Assembly: GCA_951406725.2 (NCBI GenBank)
Contig: OX597817.1
Location: 162,688,001 to 162,752,000 of the forward strand
Length of the DNA stretch: 64,000 nt
Origin: Octopus vulgaris
Taxonomy: Eukaryota
Reading direction: 5' to 3'
In this document: positions 37,313 through 49,768 of the stretch, one piece after another
How positions within the stretch are numbered: position 1 is the stretch's first letter
How the letters are laid out: the number at the start of each line of letters is the position of its first letter
Notes under the pieces: generated by a model
What the model saw: only the letters and a program-made list of their open reading frames with translations
The model's database searches: none
What the model was told of the DNA's origin: nothing
Translations under genes and position numbers: made by a program

Positions 37313-38249
37313 TTAATATACTTCCCAAATGGGACTTCATCTATGTGTATCTGTGTGCGTATATGTGCAGGTGTTGGTGCACAAGAAAAACATTTACGGA
37401 AATGAACTTGCACAATGGTACACCTCTGAATTTCTTTTTAATTGTGATAATGAAACAAAGGGTTTAGCCCTTATCACCAAAATTTATTTCCCTTGCATTT
37501 TCTCTCTTTTACAGTATTTAATTAAAAGAGGGAATATGTTGTTACCAACAACATTAAAGCTTTACTAAATTGATCGATCTGTCATTGAACTAGGATTTTA
37601 ATTCCATTTGATAAACACCTTGCTATCATTTATATGGAGAATTGCAAACATGGCATATAAAGATAACTTATTTTAATAGAAATTTTATGAGTATATTGCC
37701 ATAAATGCCTGTCACCTGCATGGTGAGGAATCCTACATTGGGAGTGGTAATGACTAGGGTCCTGTAACTGACTGCTTATTGTGATCATTCGTCTTTTGGT
37801 TTGCTCTCTTTTACAAACCCAGTGAACATATATTTCCTATTTCAAAGAAATTCAAACAATAGATATAAGACCCAAGTTAAAAAGATTTTCAACAATTCAA
37901 CTTCTCTGGTTGACATTAAGATGCCCACCCCCAATAGGGGCCTCAACTCTCACATTTTAGAGCTCCATGACCACCATTTTTCAGGAGCAAAATCCTTTTA
38001 ACAGGTTCTATAAGACTGGAATTTTGGAATATGCATATAAAAATCAGTAGTATGGGATACATGTGGCACGATTACAATTTTGCTTGGGGGTGTAAAGAGG
38101 GAAATAACCCTCATCTGCAATTTTGATGAAATTTGAAACAGGTATTCCAGTTCATTACAGAAAATATAATAGAAAAGTCTAATTCTTCAATTGTATGTAA
38201 CTTGGGCAACGCCGGGTAACTCTGCTAGTGTGTATATATATATATATAT

Positions 38250-38411
38250 ATACGATGGGTTTCTTCCAGTTTCCGTCTACCAAATCCACTCACAAGGCTT
38301 TGATCAGCCTGAGGATATAGTGGAAGACTCTTGCCCAAGGTGCCACACAGTGAGACTGAACCCAGAACCATGTGGTTGGGAAGCAAGCTTCTTACCATAC
38401 AGCCACTCCTG
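38250..38411 (-). mobile_element. SINE family B, 5' half
   Basis: Homologous to 12490-12651. Confidence 0.8.
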
Positions 38412-38935
38412 CAACTATTATGTTAAAGTTTTTATTATTTTGGAAGGAAGAACACAAACATAGGTGCTGAGCCAGTGGTGACAAAATGTGTAGTATTTTG
38501 TTGGGATTAATCCAATGAATTGACAGCAAGGTCATTGCTCCTATCAGAATCATTTACCTTTAAAGCAAAATAAAAAAAATAAAAAAACTGACGTATACGA
38601 CGGGTATGTAAAATATATTTCTGTGTACTTCTTTCTCTGTTCATTTGGATAACCTGTAGAAATTGTAGCGAGCGCGTACACACAAACACAAAAACTCTCC
38701 AGACATTTAGCTGTTATTTTTAGCCTATCACGTTTCGCGGCGAGGGCTTCACATGTTGCGATCCTTTTGCTGTTTCACTATAAATCTATGCAAACGGACA
38801 AAACGGTCATTCATTTTCACTCTTAGACAGCGGGATGGAGTGGCGATGTGTGTGTGGATCAATTTTGGAGTTTTTCATAAAAAAATTCGAAATTAAAATT
38901 TGTTCCCCCACCCTATATTCTTAATCTCCGTATTT

Positions 38936-39168
38936 GGATCTTTTCGGTTTGAACGGCAGTTTTTCTAGCGGTGTCATATGAAATTGTCACCCATAATTAT
39001 GACCCTAGTATCGATCTATTGCATTTCAATGTTTTAGGGTTAGGTTTAGGGTTAGGGGCGGGGGAAGGGTATCTTTTTTCTTCACAAATGTAAATAAACC
39101 CAATCTGTTTCTTAAACGAGGGACATATTCATACGGCACAGAATGTTTTCACCTCAATAGACGACATT
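38936..39168. mobile_element. Half copy of the 34718-35134 MITE (inverted)
   Basis: Begins with TIR ggatcttttcggtttgaacggcag; contains TTAGGG repeats. Confidence 0.8.
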
Positions 39169-40434
39169 TTCCATTCCTCCTGATGTTTACAGATGGAATT
39201 CTCTGTTTTTAACTTCTGTTCCAGAGAGTTATCCAACCATCGTTGTTCTCAGAACGTTGGTCTTCATCTTCGTCGTTCCTCGTAAGTTACCATTCTGCTT
39301 TCTCTCAAGCTTTTTGATGTTTTGTTTTTCTTCTTCTTAAATCTTCAAACTTGTTTCTTTATATATATATATAAAAAAAAAATGTTCGGTTTAATTCATA
39401 TAAATACAGATAGATTAAAGTCAAACGTTTCGTATAGTCTTTGTTACGCGAGTAGAGCTCATTAATGAATCATAATTTATTTTGGTCATTTATTTCACAT
39501 CTATTTTTGAGATTTTCCTGTTTCCTTTATCCTAATTTATACGCTTTAGTTTAACCATTTATATCTGAGATATAAGTTTTTATTTTTATCTATCTCATTT
39601 ACTGTTGCGATGTTTGCAAGCAGCTCTTCGACTTCTCGTGGTTACATTTATATAATCAAACGGTCAAGAACCTGTCTGGCTGAAGAACATTCGCCTACTG
39701 AAATTTGCAGCCACATTTTCCCTCAAATCGCACTCGATCGCCTTAAAGAAAGACAGGCGAAAGTAAAGAGTACGTACACCCGGTGGTTAGGGTTAAGGGT
39801 TTTTGTTAAGCCGAAAACGGGTGGTGTACGTATTCTTAAACTCTGTCGAAAAACATATTGGATAATATAATCCCTGATGTACCCGCTTACATACATGCAG
39901 ATATGTTTGTAACTGGTTTGATGGGGGTAGTTGGATGCTTGGTTAGGGCTGCATGTCGTTCCCATCTGAATGAAACCAAGTCACCCTCTGTTGGCAACCA
40001 TTTCTTGTGTCGAAAGTCATAAATTGTTGCTGAAATGAGTTGACGGTTAATATTGGTTTCAAAATATGGTGCAAGGCTAACAATTTCTGGAAGGGTTAAT
40101 CGATTACACAGATCTCAGAGGTCTACTGGTACTTATTTTATCGACCCCGTAAGGATGAAAGGCATAACTGACGGTCAATATTCTCAGAGGCACATCATTT
40201 GTACTGGGATATCTAACCCATCGCCCTCCCTCTCCTGCTTTACACCCCCACCTAGTTTTTTTCTTTTACTTTTTCATCTCTTTTTTTGTTGTTGTTTCTT
40301 TGTATTTAAATGTTATAAGGAACATAGACACTTTTAAAAAAGAAACAAAACAAGAACAACGGCATTCCACAGAGTGTCAACTGTTGTTCAAATGAGACGA
40401 CTGCTAACTTAATGTAAGCTGTGCTTAATAACGG

Positions 40435-40645
40435 TTTCTAATTTTGGCACGCGGTCAGAAAGGTCCGGGGAGGAGGTACGTCGATTACATCGACCCCAGT
40501 GCTCAACTGAACATATTTTATCGAATCCGAAAGGATGAAAGGCATAGTCGACGTCGGCGGAATTTGAACTGGGAACGTACAGATGGACGACATGCTGCTA
40601 AGCACTTTTTCCAGCGTGCTGACGGTTCTGCCAGCTCGCTGCCTT
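40435..40645 (-). mobile_element. SINE family D (diverged)
   Basis: gtcgattacatcgacccc...ggcggaatttgaact...tgccagctcgc. Confidence 0.75.
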
Positions 40646-41778
40646 TAAGCTGTGCATAGTAACGACACCACCACTACACAGAGCAAACGTTTAAATAAGA
40701 TTTATTGTGGCACAGTAATCACGAATAGATGTTCATACATCACAAAATATCTAGATGATAATAGCGTAACAAAACATGCAAAGGAAATGTCTATTCAAAG
40801 AGAAATTATTTTTGTTTTATTCCAACTACTTGAAGATTTTTCAATTGGTTTCAATTAGTCAAGCATATTTAGTGGTTGACCCAACAAAATTTTGGGTTGA
40901 GCTTAAAGGAACCGTGATTATCATTCCATAACCTCACCTCACATTAGAAATAGTTAGAAATATCCATTTTCTTTTTTGCAATTCTTTAATTTCCATTAAC
41001 TTTCTTAAACTTCGTTAAAATTGCACATACTTTATGATAAAATATTCATTGTAATTATAACCTTTATTTTCATATAAATTTTATAGCATAATAATTACTG
41101 TAACAATTAATAAAATCTTTTTACCATTATTTACTCAAGAACCTCTTCGTATTAACATTTCGCTTGACTCGCTTCTATATATTATTATTTGAGCTCAACC
41201 TAACATTTTGTTGTGTCAAGCACATTTACTGCTTGACCACTTATGCAATGCAGCTCTGATTTCTCTTTCTTTTTCTCACAGTGATTAGATTAGATTATTG
41301 TATATTATGAATTCTTGTATTCTTTGCATAAAATTTGCTTTTTTCTAAACTAATTATAATTATGATAATTAATAAAATCTTTTTAACATTATTTACTCAA
41401 GAGCCTCTTCATATTAACATTTCACTCAGCTCTTTTCTCTCAGCTCTTTTCACTCAGCTCTATTATACAACGTGACTCTGTTGTCTCTATTTCTTTCTCT
41501 TGCAGTGTTCCAATTGTTGCCTCAAATTTGATCCATTTCCGTATTCTTCACTAGTTCTTTTTGGTTAGATGGCCACTTCACCTGCCTAATTATTATGTGA
41601 GTTATTTGAAAAAATTGATACATTTTAATCCACCATTTATTTCAAGTAATATTATTTCCTTTGCTTTTTGACACATTAAATCAAATAATATCAAATGAAA
41701 GGACCCCTATATATGTATGTCTATACACATTAAATATGTACATATATATGCATTATATATACATGTCTACACACATAC

Positions 41779-41809
<31 letters not shown>

Positions 41810-42088
41810 TATATATAAATATATACACTTTATATGTACACACACACACACACATATATATATATAAATTAATACAATATATCTGATTAATAATATCCGT
41901 TATGATTGTGCGATGGTGGTGTGCAATAATAATTCACCGTTCTAAAAGACCTGTCGTGAGAATATTTAAACTTTTGCGGCTGTCAATGCTTTCTCAATAG
42001 ATACAGACAGACATACTGTGAGAGAGGTGGTGGAAGAAAGAGTGACAAAGAGACGAAGCTGTCAAACGTCGTTATAGAGAGAGAACAA

Positions 42089-42533
42089 ATCACTCTTTTT
42101 GCTATAGCAACCACTTAGCTTGCGAATTTTAACCATCGCGGGTCTCATCCGCACCACGCATTTAGTATCCCTGCCAATTTTCAGCTCGATCCTAGCATCG
42201 GTTTGGCCGCCATTAGCCGTCAAAGCAAAATGTGCATACAATTTTAGTCCAAGGACTGTTTTGTAGATATAGATTAAGTATTAAAGCATTTTATTGTTAT
42301 CGCCCCTTCATCATATTTCGAAAAGTCCCCTTGAATTGATAAAAAATCACTCTTTTTGCTATAGCAACCACATAGCTTGCGAATTTTAACCATCGCGGGT
42401 CTCATCCTCACCACGCATTTAGTATCCCTGCCAATTTTCAGCTCGATCCTAGCATCGGTTTGGCCGCCATTAGCCGTCAAAGCAAAATGTGCATACAATT
42501 TTAGTCCAAGGACTGTTTTGTAGATATAGAGAT
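42089..42533. repeat. Direct duplication of a ~185-bp unit (period 257 bp), possibly a Helitron-type terminus
   Basis: aatcactctttttgctatagc...gtagatatag occurs at 42089 and 42346, nearly identical; the minus-strand end reads A|TCTATA. Confidence 0.7.
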
Positions 42534-43224
42534 AAACAATGAATTGGGTTATTTCCCTTGAATGTTTAAAGACAATACTGTGTAGAGGGTATTAGTTATT
42601 TCCCTTGTGTTAAAAAAAATTAGTTATATAAGGTATATATAAAGGTCCCTTCCATTGCAAAATTAGGTTACTTAGTAAATAATGTGGAGGTGTTGGTATA
42701 TGTGCATAGGAAAAACCTGAGGGATAAAGTCAAAGGGTATATAGTTGAAAGAGCCTAGAATTGGAAAGGGTGGTGAGGAGGTGAACAATGTGTCAGGTTG
42801 TAATTAAGGATATTAGTAGTGAACAGAGATTATAAGTAACTTGGCCTTGAAGATAATGCTGGTGTCACATAAAAAGCATCGGTTCTGGTGTTATGTTAAA
42901 AGCACCCAGTATACTCTGTAAAGTGGTTGGCACTAGAAAGGGCATGCAGCTGTGGAAAGCATGCCAAAAGAGACAATGGAGAGTGATTTGGGTCCTGTCC
43001 TTGCCAGCTCCTGTCAACTGTTTAGGCCATGTCAGCATGGAAACCGACATAAAATGAAGATGATTATATTGACTGATACATAACACGTGAACAAAAGACA
43101 GGATAATCATGGATGTAATGTTTTTGATCATAAGTTTGTTCAATCAGGTCTGATCTTAGGCTAAAGTGTATTGATAAATGCTGTTCCTCATGAAAGAAGA
43201 ATGTTAATGTCCACTATTCTGTAG

Positions 43225-43548
43225 TTTTTCTGTGCCGGTGGCACATAAAAAGCACCATCCGAACGTGGCCGTTGCCAGCGCCGCCTTGGCTGGCTTCCGT
43301 GCCGGTGGCATGTTAAAAGCTCCAACCGATCATGGCCGATGCCGGACCCCCCTGGCACCTGTGCAGGTGGCACGTTAAAAGCACCCACTACGCTCTTGGA
43401 GTGGTTGGCGTTAGGAAGGGCATCCAGCTGTAGAAACTCTGCTAGATCAGACTGGAGCCTGGTGCAGGCCCTGGCTTCCCAGACCCCAGTCGAACTGTCC
43501 AACCCGTGCTAGCGCGGAAAACAGACGTTAAACGATGATGATGATGAT
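43225..43548 (+). mobile_element. RTE 3'-end copy in the ZNF4 intron
   Basis: (GAT)n tail; absent at the homologous ZNF3 position (~30650). Confidence 0.85.
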
Positions 43549-44064
43549 GTACACAATATGAAGGTGCCACTGTAGTTTACAAATATGTAGATTACCTACA
43601 ATTTTATAGGACATAATTTGTTTCTCAATATAGAAATGTTGTTAAATTTCCATGTTTATCTATCCCTTGTTTCTTATATTGTGTCTTTGTTATTTCAGAT
43701 TAACGGATGACATTGGCATAAAAGAACTTTTTTACGTTGGATATATCTTCTATATTTATCATCTCTTGAAGATTAAGGAGAATGTTATACAGAAGAGACA
43801 TAATCCTTTTATGATAAATCTGTGGCAGGATCACTGTGAAGTACTTGCTCTTGGCTGAGATTAACAGCAATATTTCTGTTTGAATTCTAACTAAACTCGG
43901 ATGAATTTGTTAGAGTTCTGAGAATATTAGATTTCAGAAGATTATAGCTGACAAGAGTGGAAATATTTGTAAAGAATATACTGTAACTCAAAATAGAAAA
44001 CTCAAACTAAATACAATACAGTAGACAATTTAAAATATTTGATCTATTTTTGTCCATTGAAGAG

Positions 44065-46353
44065 ATGCCGAAAGCTATACATAATTTATCATCTTGTGAT
44101 ATCTGTGGTAAATCATTCAGGACAAATAGTCATATAAGTAGACACAAGCATATTCATACAGGGGAGAAGCCATATCACTGTGAAATCTGTGGCAAATCAT
44201 TCACTCAAGGTGGTATATTAACTAGACACAAACGTATTCATACAGGAGAGAAGCCATATCCGTGTGATACCTGTGGCAAATCCTTCTCTCATAGTAATGT
44301 TTTGATTAATCACCAGCGTACTCATACAGGGGAGAAGCCATATTGCTGTGACACTTGTGGTAAATCATTCTCACAGAATGGTACTTTAATGAGACATAAA
44401 CTTACTCATACAGGAGAGAAACCGTATCACTGTGATATCTGTGGCAAATCATTCGCTTTAAATAGTGGTTTAACTTCTCACAAACGTGTTCATACTGGGG
44501 AGAAGCCATTTCACTGTGATATTTGTGGTAAATTATGCTCAACTGCACGTGAAGTAAGTTTACATAAACGTGTTCATACAGGAGAGAAACCATATCACTG
44601 TGATATTTGTGGTAAATCGTTCTCTGTAAATAGTGCCTTAACTACTCACAGGCGTATTCATACTGGAGAGAAGCCATATCACTGTGACATTTGTAGTAAA
44701 TCGTTCTCTGTAAGTAGTGCCTTATCTACTCACAAGCATATTCATACAGGAGAGAAGCCATATCACTGTGATGTCTGTGGTAAATCATTCTCTAGCCATA
44801 ATATCTTAAGTAGTCACAAAGTTATTCATACTGGGAAGAAGCCCTATCACTGTGATATTTGTGATAAATACTTTTCACAACATAGTACCTTAACTAAACA
44901 CAGACGTATACATACAGGTGAAAGACCATTTGAGTGTCATATTTGTGGCAAATCATTTTCTCGAAAGGATCACCTAATTAAACACAAACGGATTCATACG
45001 GGAGAGAAACCATGCCACTGTGATGTCTGTGGTAAATCGTTTTCTACAGATAGTAATTTAATTAGTCACAAGCGTATTCATACAGGGAAGAAGCCATATC
45101 ACTGTGATATCTGCAATAAACCATTCTCTGCAGGTAATGCCTTAATTAGTCACAAGCGTATTCATACAGGAGAGAAGCCGTATCACTGTGAAATCTGTGG
45201 CAAATCATTCAGCCAGGGTAGTGTCTTAACTGGGCACAAACGTATTCATACAGGAGAGAAGCCATATCCTTGTGATACCTGTGGCAAAACCTTCTCTGAT
45301 AGTTATATCTTAATTAATCACCAGCGTACTCATACAGGGGAGAAGCCATATTACTGTGACACCTGTGGTAAATCATTCTCACAGAATGGTACACTAATGA
45401 GACATAAACGTGTTCATACAGGAGAGAAGCCGTATCACTGTGATATCTGTGGTAAAACGTTTGCTTTAAATGGAGGTTTAACTTCTCATAAACGTGTTCA
45501 TACTGGAGAGAGGTTATTTCACTGTGATATCTGTGGTAAATCTTTCTCAACTGCAAGTAATGTAAATTTACATAAACGTATTCATACAGGAGAGAAACCA
45601 TATCGCTGTGATATTTGTAGTAAATCATTCTCTGTAAGTAGTGCCTTAACTACTCACAAGCGCACTCATACTGGAGAGAAGCCATATCACTGTGACATTT
45701 GTAGTAAATCGTTCTCTGTAAGTAGTGCCTTATGTACTCACAAGCGTATTCATACAGGAGAGAAGCCATGTCACTGTGATATCTGTGGCAAATCATTCAC
45801 TAACCATAGTATCTTACGTAATCACGAACGTATTCATACAGGGGAGAAGCCATATCATTGTGATATCTGCAGTAAATCATTCTCTGCAGGTAATGCCTTA
45901 ACTACTCACATGCGTACTCATACAGGGGAGAAGCCATATCACTGTGTCATCTGTGGTAAATCATTTGCTGTACGTAATGCCTTAACTTTTCACAAGCGTA
46001 TTCATACAGGAGAGAAACCCTATCACTGTGACGTCTGTGGTAAATCTTTCTCTGTAAGTAGCTCCTTAAATACTCACAAGCGTATTCATACTGGGGAGAA
46101 GCCATATCACTGTGATATCTGTGGCAAATCATTCTCTCAAAGTAGTATCTTAAGTAGACACAGAACTGTACATACAGGAGAGAAACCATTTGAGTGTCCT
46201 ATTTGTGGTAAATCATTTTCAGGAATACATCGGGTAGTTGAGCACAAACGGATTCATACAGGTGAGAAGCCGTATCAGTGTGATGTTTGTGGTAAATCCT
46301 TCTCTCTAAATGGTAATTTGACTAAACACAAAAGTATCCATACAGATAAGTGA
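44065..46353 (+). CDS. ZNF4: tandem C2H2 zinc-finger protein, 27 fingers, 762 aa
   Basis: Intact finger array; first ATG at 44065 (GAGATGCCG). Confidence 0.95.
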   Translation: MPKAIHNLSSCDICGKSFRTNSHISRHKHIHTGEKPYHCEICGKSFTQGGILTRHKRIHTGEKPYPCDTCGKSFSHSNVLINHQRTHTGEKPYCCDTCGKSFSQNGTLMRHKLTHTGEKPYHCDICGKSFALNSGLTSHKRVHTGEKPFHCDICGKLCSTAREVSLHKRVHTGEKPYHCDICGKSFSVNSALTTHRRIHTGEKPYHCDICSKSFSVSSALSTHKHIHTGEKPYHCDVCGKSFSSHNILSSHKVIHTGKKPYHCDICDKYFSQHSTLTKHRRIHTGERPFECHICGKSFSRKDHLIKHKRIHTGEKPCHCDVCGKSFSTDSNLISHKRIHTGKKPYHCDICNKPFSAGNALISHKRIHTGEKPYHCEICGKSFSQGSVLTGHKRIHTGEKPYPCDTCGKTFSDSYILINHQRTHTGEKPYYCDTCGKSFSQNGTLMRHKRVHTGEKPYHCDICGKTFALNGGLTSHKRVHTGERLFHCDICGKSFSTASNVNLHKRIHTGEKPYRCDICSKSFSVSSALTTHKRTHTGEKPYHCDICSKSFSVSSALCTHKRIHTGEKPCHCDICGKSFTNHSILRNHERIHTGEKPYHCDICSKSFSAGNALTTHMRTHTGEKPYHCVICGKSFAVRNALTFHKRIHTGEKPYHCDVCGKSFSVSSSLNTHKRIHTGEKPYHCDICGKSFSQSSILSRHRTVHTGEKPFECPICGKSFSGIHRVVEHKRIHTGEKPYQCDVCGKSFSLNGNLTKHKSIHTDK

Positions 46354-46574
46354 CCATTTCACTGTGATATGCATGGTAAGCCATTCACTCAAAAATCCAA
46401 CTTAGCTTCACATAAAAATATGTGACTGCAGCATTCACAAAACTAATTCTATTTTACAACAGCAAACAATATTTAAAAACCATTTTCAGTAATAAATCAT
46501 GGATTCACATGCACGTTAAAGTAGTCCATGAACCTGTGACAATAATTATACACATCATTTTGAAGTAATGTTCT

Positions 46575-46815
46575 TATTTCTTTATTGCCCACAAGAGGCT
46601 AAACGCAGAGGGGACAAACAAGGACAGACAAAGGGATTAAGTCGATTACATCGACCCCAGTGCATAACTGGTACTTAATTTATCGACCCCGAAAGGATGA
46701 AATGCAAAGTCAACCTTGGCGGAATTTGAACTCAGAACGTAAAGCTGGACAAAATACCACTAAACATTTCACCCGGCATGCTAACGTTTCTGCCAGCTCA
46801 CCGCTTACCGCCTTA
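46575..46815 (-). mobile_element. SINE family D in the ZNF4 3' region
   Basis: 19-bp TSD cattttgaagtaatgttct on both sides. Confidence 0.9.
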
Positions 46816-48399
46816 CATTTTGAAGTAATGTTCTATAGCCTGATGATTAGTACAACTAATTTGTAAGATTCCCAGCAGTTTTGATGGTCAGATTAGTTCC
46901 TTATTTCAGCCCCTGCAGTGGTGTCTTACCTAGGATACACATACTTTATCTGGACATGTGCTATTTTTAAAAAATTCATTGTGTATGAAATGACCCATAT
47001 AACCTTGAATGTATTCATGCAGAAAAGATATTACATAGTGATATCAAGAACGTTATTAAAAAATACTTTTTAAAATTACACATTTTTCTTCATTTTAGCC
47101 ATCTGCTTATACTGTACTTTTATCATTTTTCCTTTTTTTCTTACACATACCTTTTTCTTTGGTGATTGACTATAAGTCATTTCCTCTTTTCTTTTCTGCT
47201 TCTTGTAATGCCGTTAATGCAGGAATTTTCTAAAATTATCACACGGACTCTGAACCCTGATTGGTTGATAATGGTATCTGTACATGATAGGCACTTGACC
47301 TACATGTGACTGAACATGAAATGAGGTCAACTGCTGTATATGTTTTCCAAAGGAATTGTTTTTGTGTTTGGAACTAATCTGACCATCAAAACTGCTGAGA
47401 ATCACTCGTATTTGTGAATATTACATTAAATTGAAACAGATTCTGTTCACTGGATACAAAAACTTGTATTTTTGTAGAATTTTATATCTTCAGTTTTAAC
47501 TGCTCTGGTACTCCTTTGAACAGGTTTCACTCATGACAACAGCATAAGTTGCAGGGATACATGTACCAGTACACTTAACATGTAACAATAACACCTATAA
47601 AATTATATTCTTCATAATTTCCTGGTGATTCTATTCTAGATAGTTACATTTTTTTTTGTAAAATAAACTATGAGTATCTGTTCTACTTAATTCACATTGG
47701 TGGTGATGGCCAAGTCTGGTTAAAATGCAGTTTACCATTTTAAAAAAGGGAAAGATTGCCTTCACCATGGAAGTGATGATGGGCAATTTATTTTCTCTAC
47801 TAGTTCCACGTTGTTGGCTAACTTTCTTCTTGACAAGCATCCATCGGTCTTTAGTCTATGTATAGATACACTCATCGTTTGGTTAAAAAAATTGAGTCAA
47901 TGGCTGACAGCTTCATGAGTATAGAAGCTGGTGTGACGCATATATAGCCCACCCTGGCTATATTTGATGACTTATATCAGTACCCTGGCTGTAAACAAGA
48001 TTCTTAGAAAATGAGTAACCCCCGGTGAGATTTTTAAGTTTCAACCTGCCATCTCTTTCATTGTATTTTTGTGAGTATTATCATCATAAACCCTTAATAC
48101 TTTCTTGTTCTGTTTTTCCCGTCTTAATGTCGATGTCCTTTTGTTTTAACCCTAGGTCATGCATTTCTTTAATTTCCAACATTCTTTCACACATGAAAAC
48201 TTATCACACTTAACAGTCCTTATCTGTAATTTCGTCTTTCTCCAAATCCAGGAACCATCCCTCCCTCTCGCGTGTTCTGCCCCCTCCCACTGGCTCATCT
48301 ATTGTCCTTCACCCTGTCTATCTAATTCCTACTCTATATGCCTATCTATCTATCTATTGGCCTTTTCCGTCTCTTAATCTCTAGCCCATGGCTGCCAGT

Positions 48400-48790
48400 T
48401 CACGGCTGTGATACCAGTGCCAGTGGCTCATATGAGAACCATCTGAACGTGGCCATTGCCAGCGCCGCCCCGACTGGCATCCGTGCCGGTGGCACGTAAA
48501 AAGCACCATCCGATCGTGGACGTTGCCAGCTTCGCCTGGCCTCTGTGCCGGTGGCACGTAAAAAGCAGCATCTGATCGTGGCCGTTTGCCAGCCTCGTCT
48601 GGCACCTGTGCCGGTGGCACATAAAAAGTACCCACTACACTCACGGAGTGGTTGGCATTAAGAAGGGCATCCAGCCGTAGAAACATTGCCAGATCAGACT
48701 GGGCCTGGTGCAGCCTTCTGGCTTCCCAGACCCCAGTTGAACTGTCCAACCCATGCTAGCATGGAAAGCGGACGCTAAACGATGATGATG
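48400..48790 (+). mobile_element. RTE 3'-end copy
   Basis: Same family as 51750-52133; (GAT)n tail. Confidence 0.85.
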
Positions 48791-48807
48791 TATATATATA
48801 TATAAAA

Positions 48808-49034
48808 GGCGGCGAGCTGGCAGAAACGTTAGCGCGCTGGGCGAAATGCTTAGCAGTATTTCGTCTGCCGTTACGTTCTGAGTTCAAATTCCGCCGAGGT
48901 CGACTTTGCCTTTCATCCTTTCGGGGTCGATAAATAAAGTACCAGTTACGCACTGGGGCCGATGTAATCGACTTAATCCGTTTGTCTGTCCTTGTTTGTC
49001 CCCTCTGTGTTTAGCCCCTTGTGGGCAATAAAGA

Positions 49035-49036
<2 letters not shown>
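48808..49036 (+). mobile_element. SINE family D, full length, inside a (TA)n tract
   Basis: GGCGGCGAGCTGGCAGAAACG head, B box GAGTTCAAATTCC, tail gggcaataaagaaa. Confidence 0.9.
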
Positions 49037-49070
<34 letters not shown>

Positions 49071-49490
49071 ATAGGCTTACGAAAGGGATAATAGAGACTG
49101 GTATTTAGACACAAGGTAACATATATATATATACTTTTTATTTTATATTAAATTTTTTAATACTTTTTGATAGTTATATATATTTAAAATAATAATAAAA
49201 AAGTTTAAAAATTAAAAAATTTATCAATTTAAATTTTAAAAAAAAATTTTTTTTTTTTAAATTTTTAATATAAAAATTGATAAATATAGATTAATAAATT
49301 TAAATTTAAATAATTTAAATTTTATATTCATATATTTTGTATATACCAAAGAAATCCATGTAATTTATGAATTTTTTGTCTGAAAAACAAAAATAAACTT
49401 TAGTGGGTGCGTAAATTACATTTAGATCATTTCCAGAATTTTTTATGACATACAAATGTCAACAATCATACTGGATGGAAGTTGACTCAT

Positions 49491-49719
49491 TTAACCCTTT
49501 CGTTACCAACCCGGCTGAAACCAGCTCTGGCTCTTTAGTACAAATGTCTGGTTTTCAAAAGTTCTGATTTAAAACCTTCCACCAAACCTTAGTCACAATT
49601 TATGTCCCTAACTCTAGCTTAATGATAACGATGTTATTTTACTTAATTCTTTGTTATATTTAAAATAATTGGAAGAAACACTGAGCGTCTCAAAATAAAT
49701 TCAGTAACGAAAGGGTTAA
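49491..49719. mobile_element. TTAA-flanked piggyBac-like MITE
   Basis: TTAA|CCCTTTCGTTAC ... GTAACGAAAGGG|TTAA. Confidence 0.85.
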
Positions 49720-49768
49720 TGTCAGAATAGGTTTTTACAGAAAAATTTCTATGCCAGAACATGAATTT

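Larger units (their letters stand above)
36655..38791. repeat. Long diverged inverted repeat (arms 36655-36955 and 38452-38791)
   Basis: tgcatagatttatagtgaaacagcaaa...ggctcagcacctatgtttgtg is matched in reverse complement along about 300 bp. Confidence 0.85.

Noticed and set aside
39030-39060. TTAGGG repeats as interstitial telomere (also ~6645 and ~35015)
   Set aside because: Only a few imperfect units, and they are internal to a TIR MITE family
49130-49340. Extremely AT-rich stretch
   Set aside because: Low complexity with no periodicity or coding signal; may be poor-quality consensus next to (TA)n
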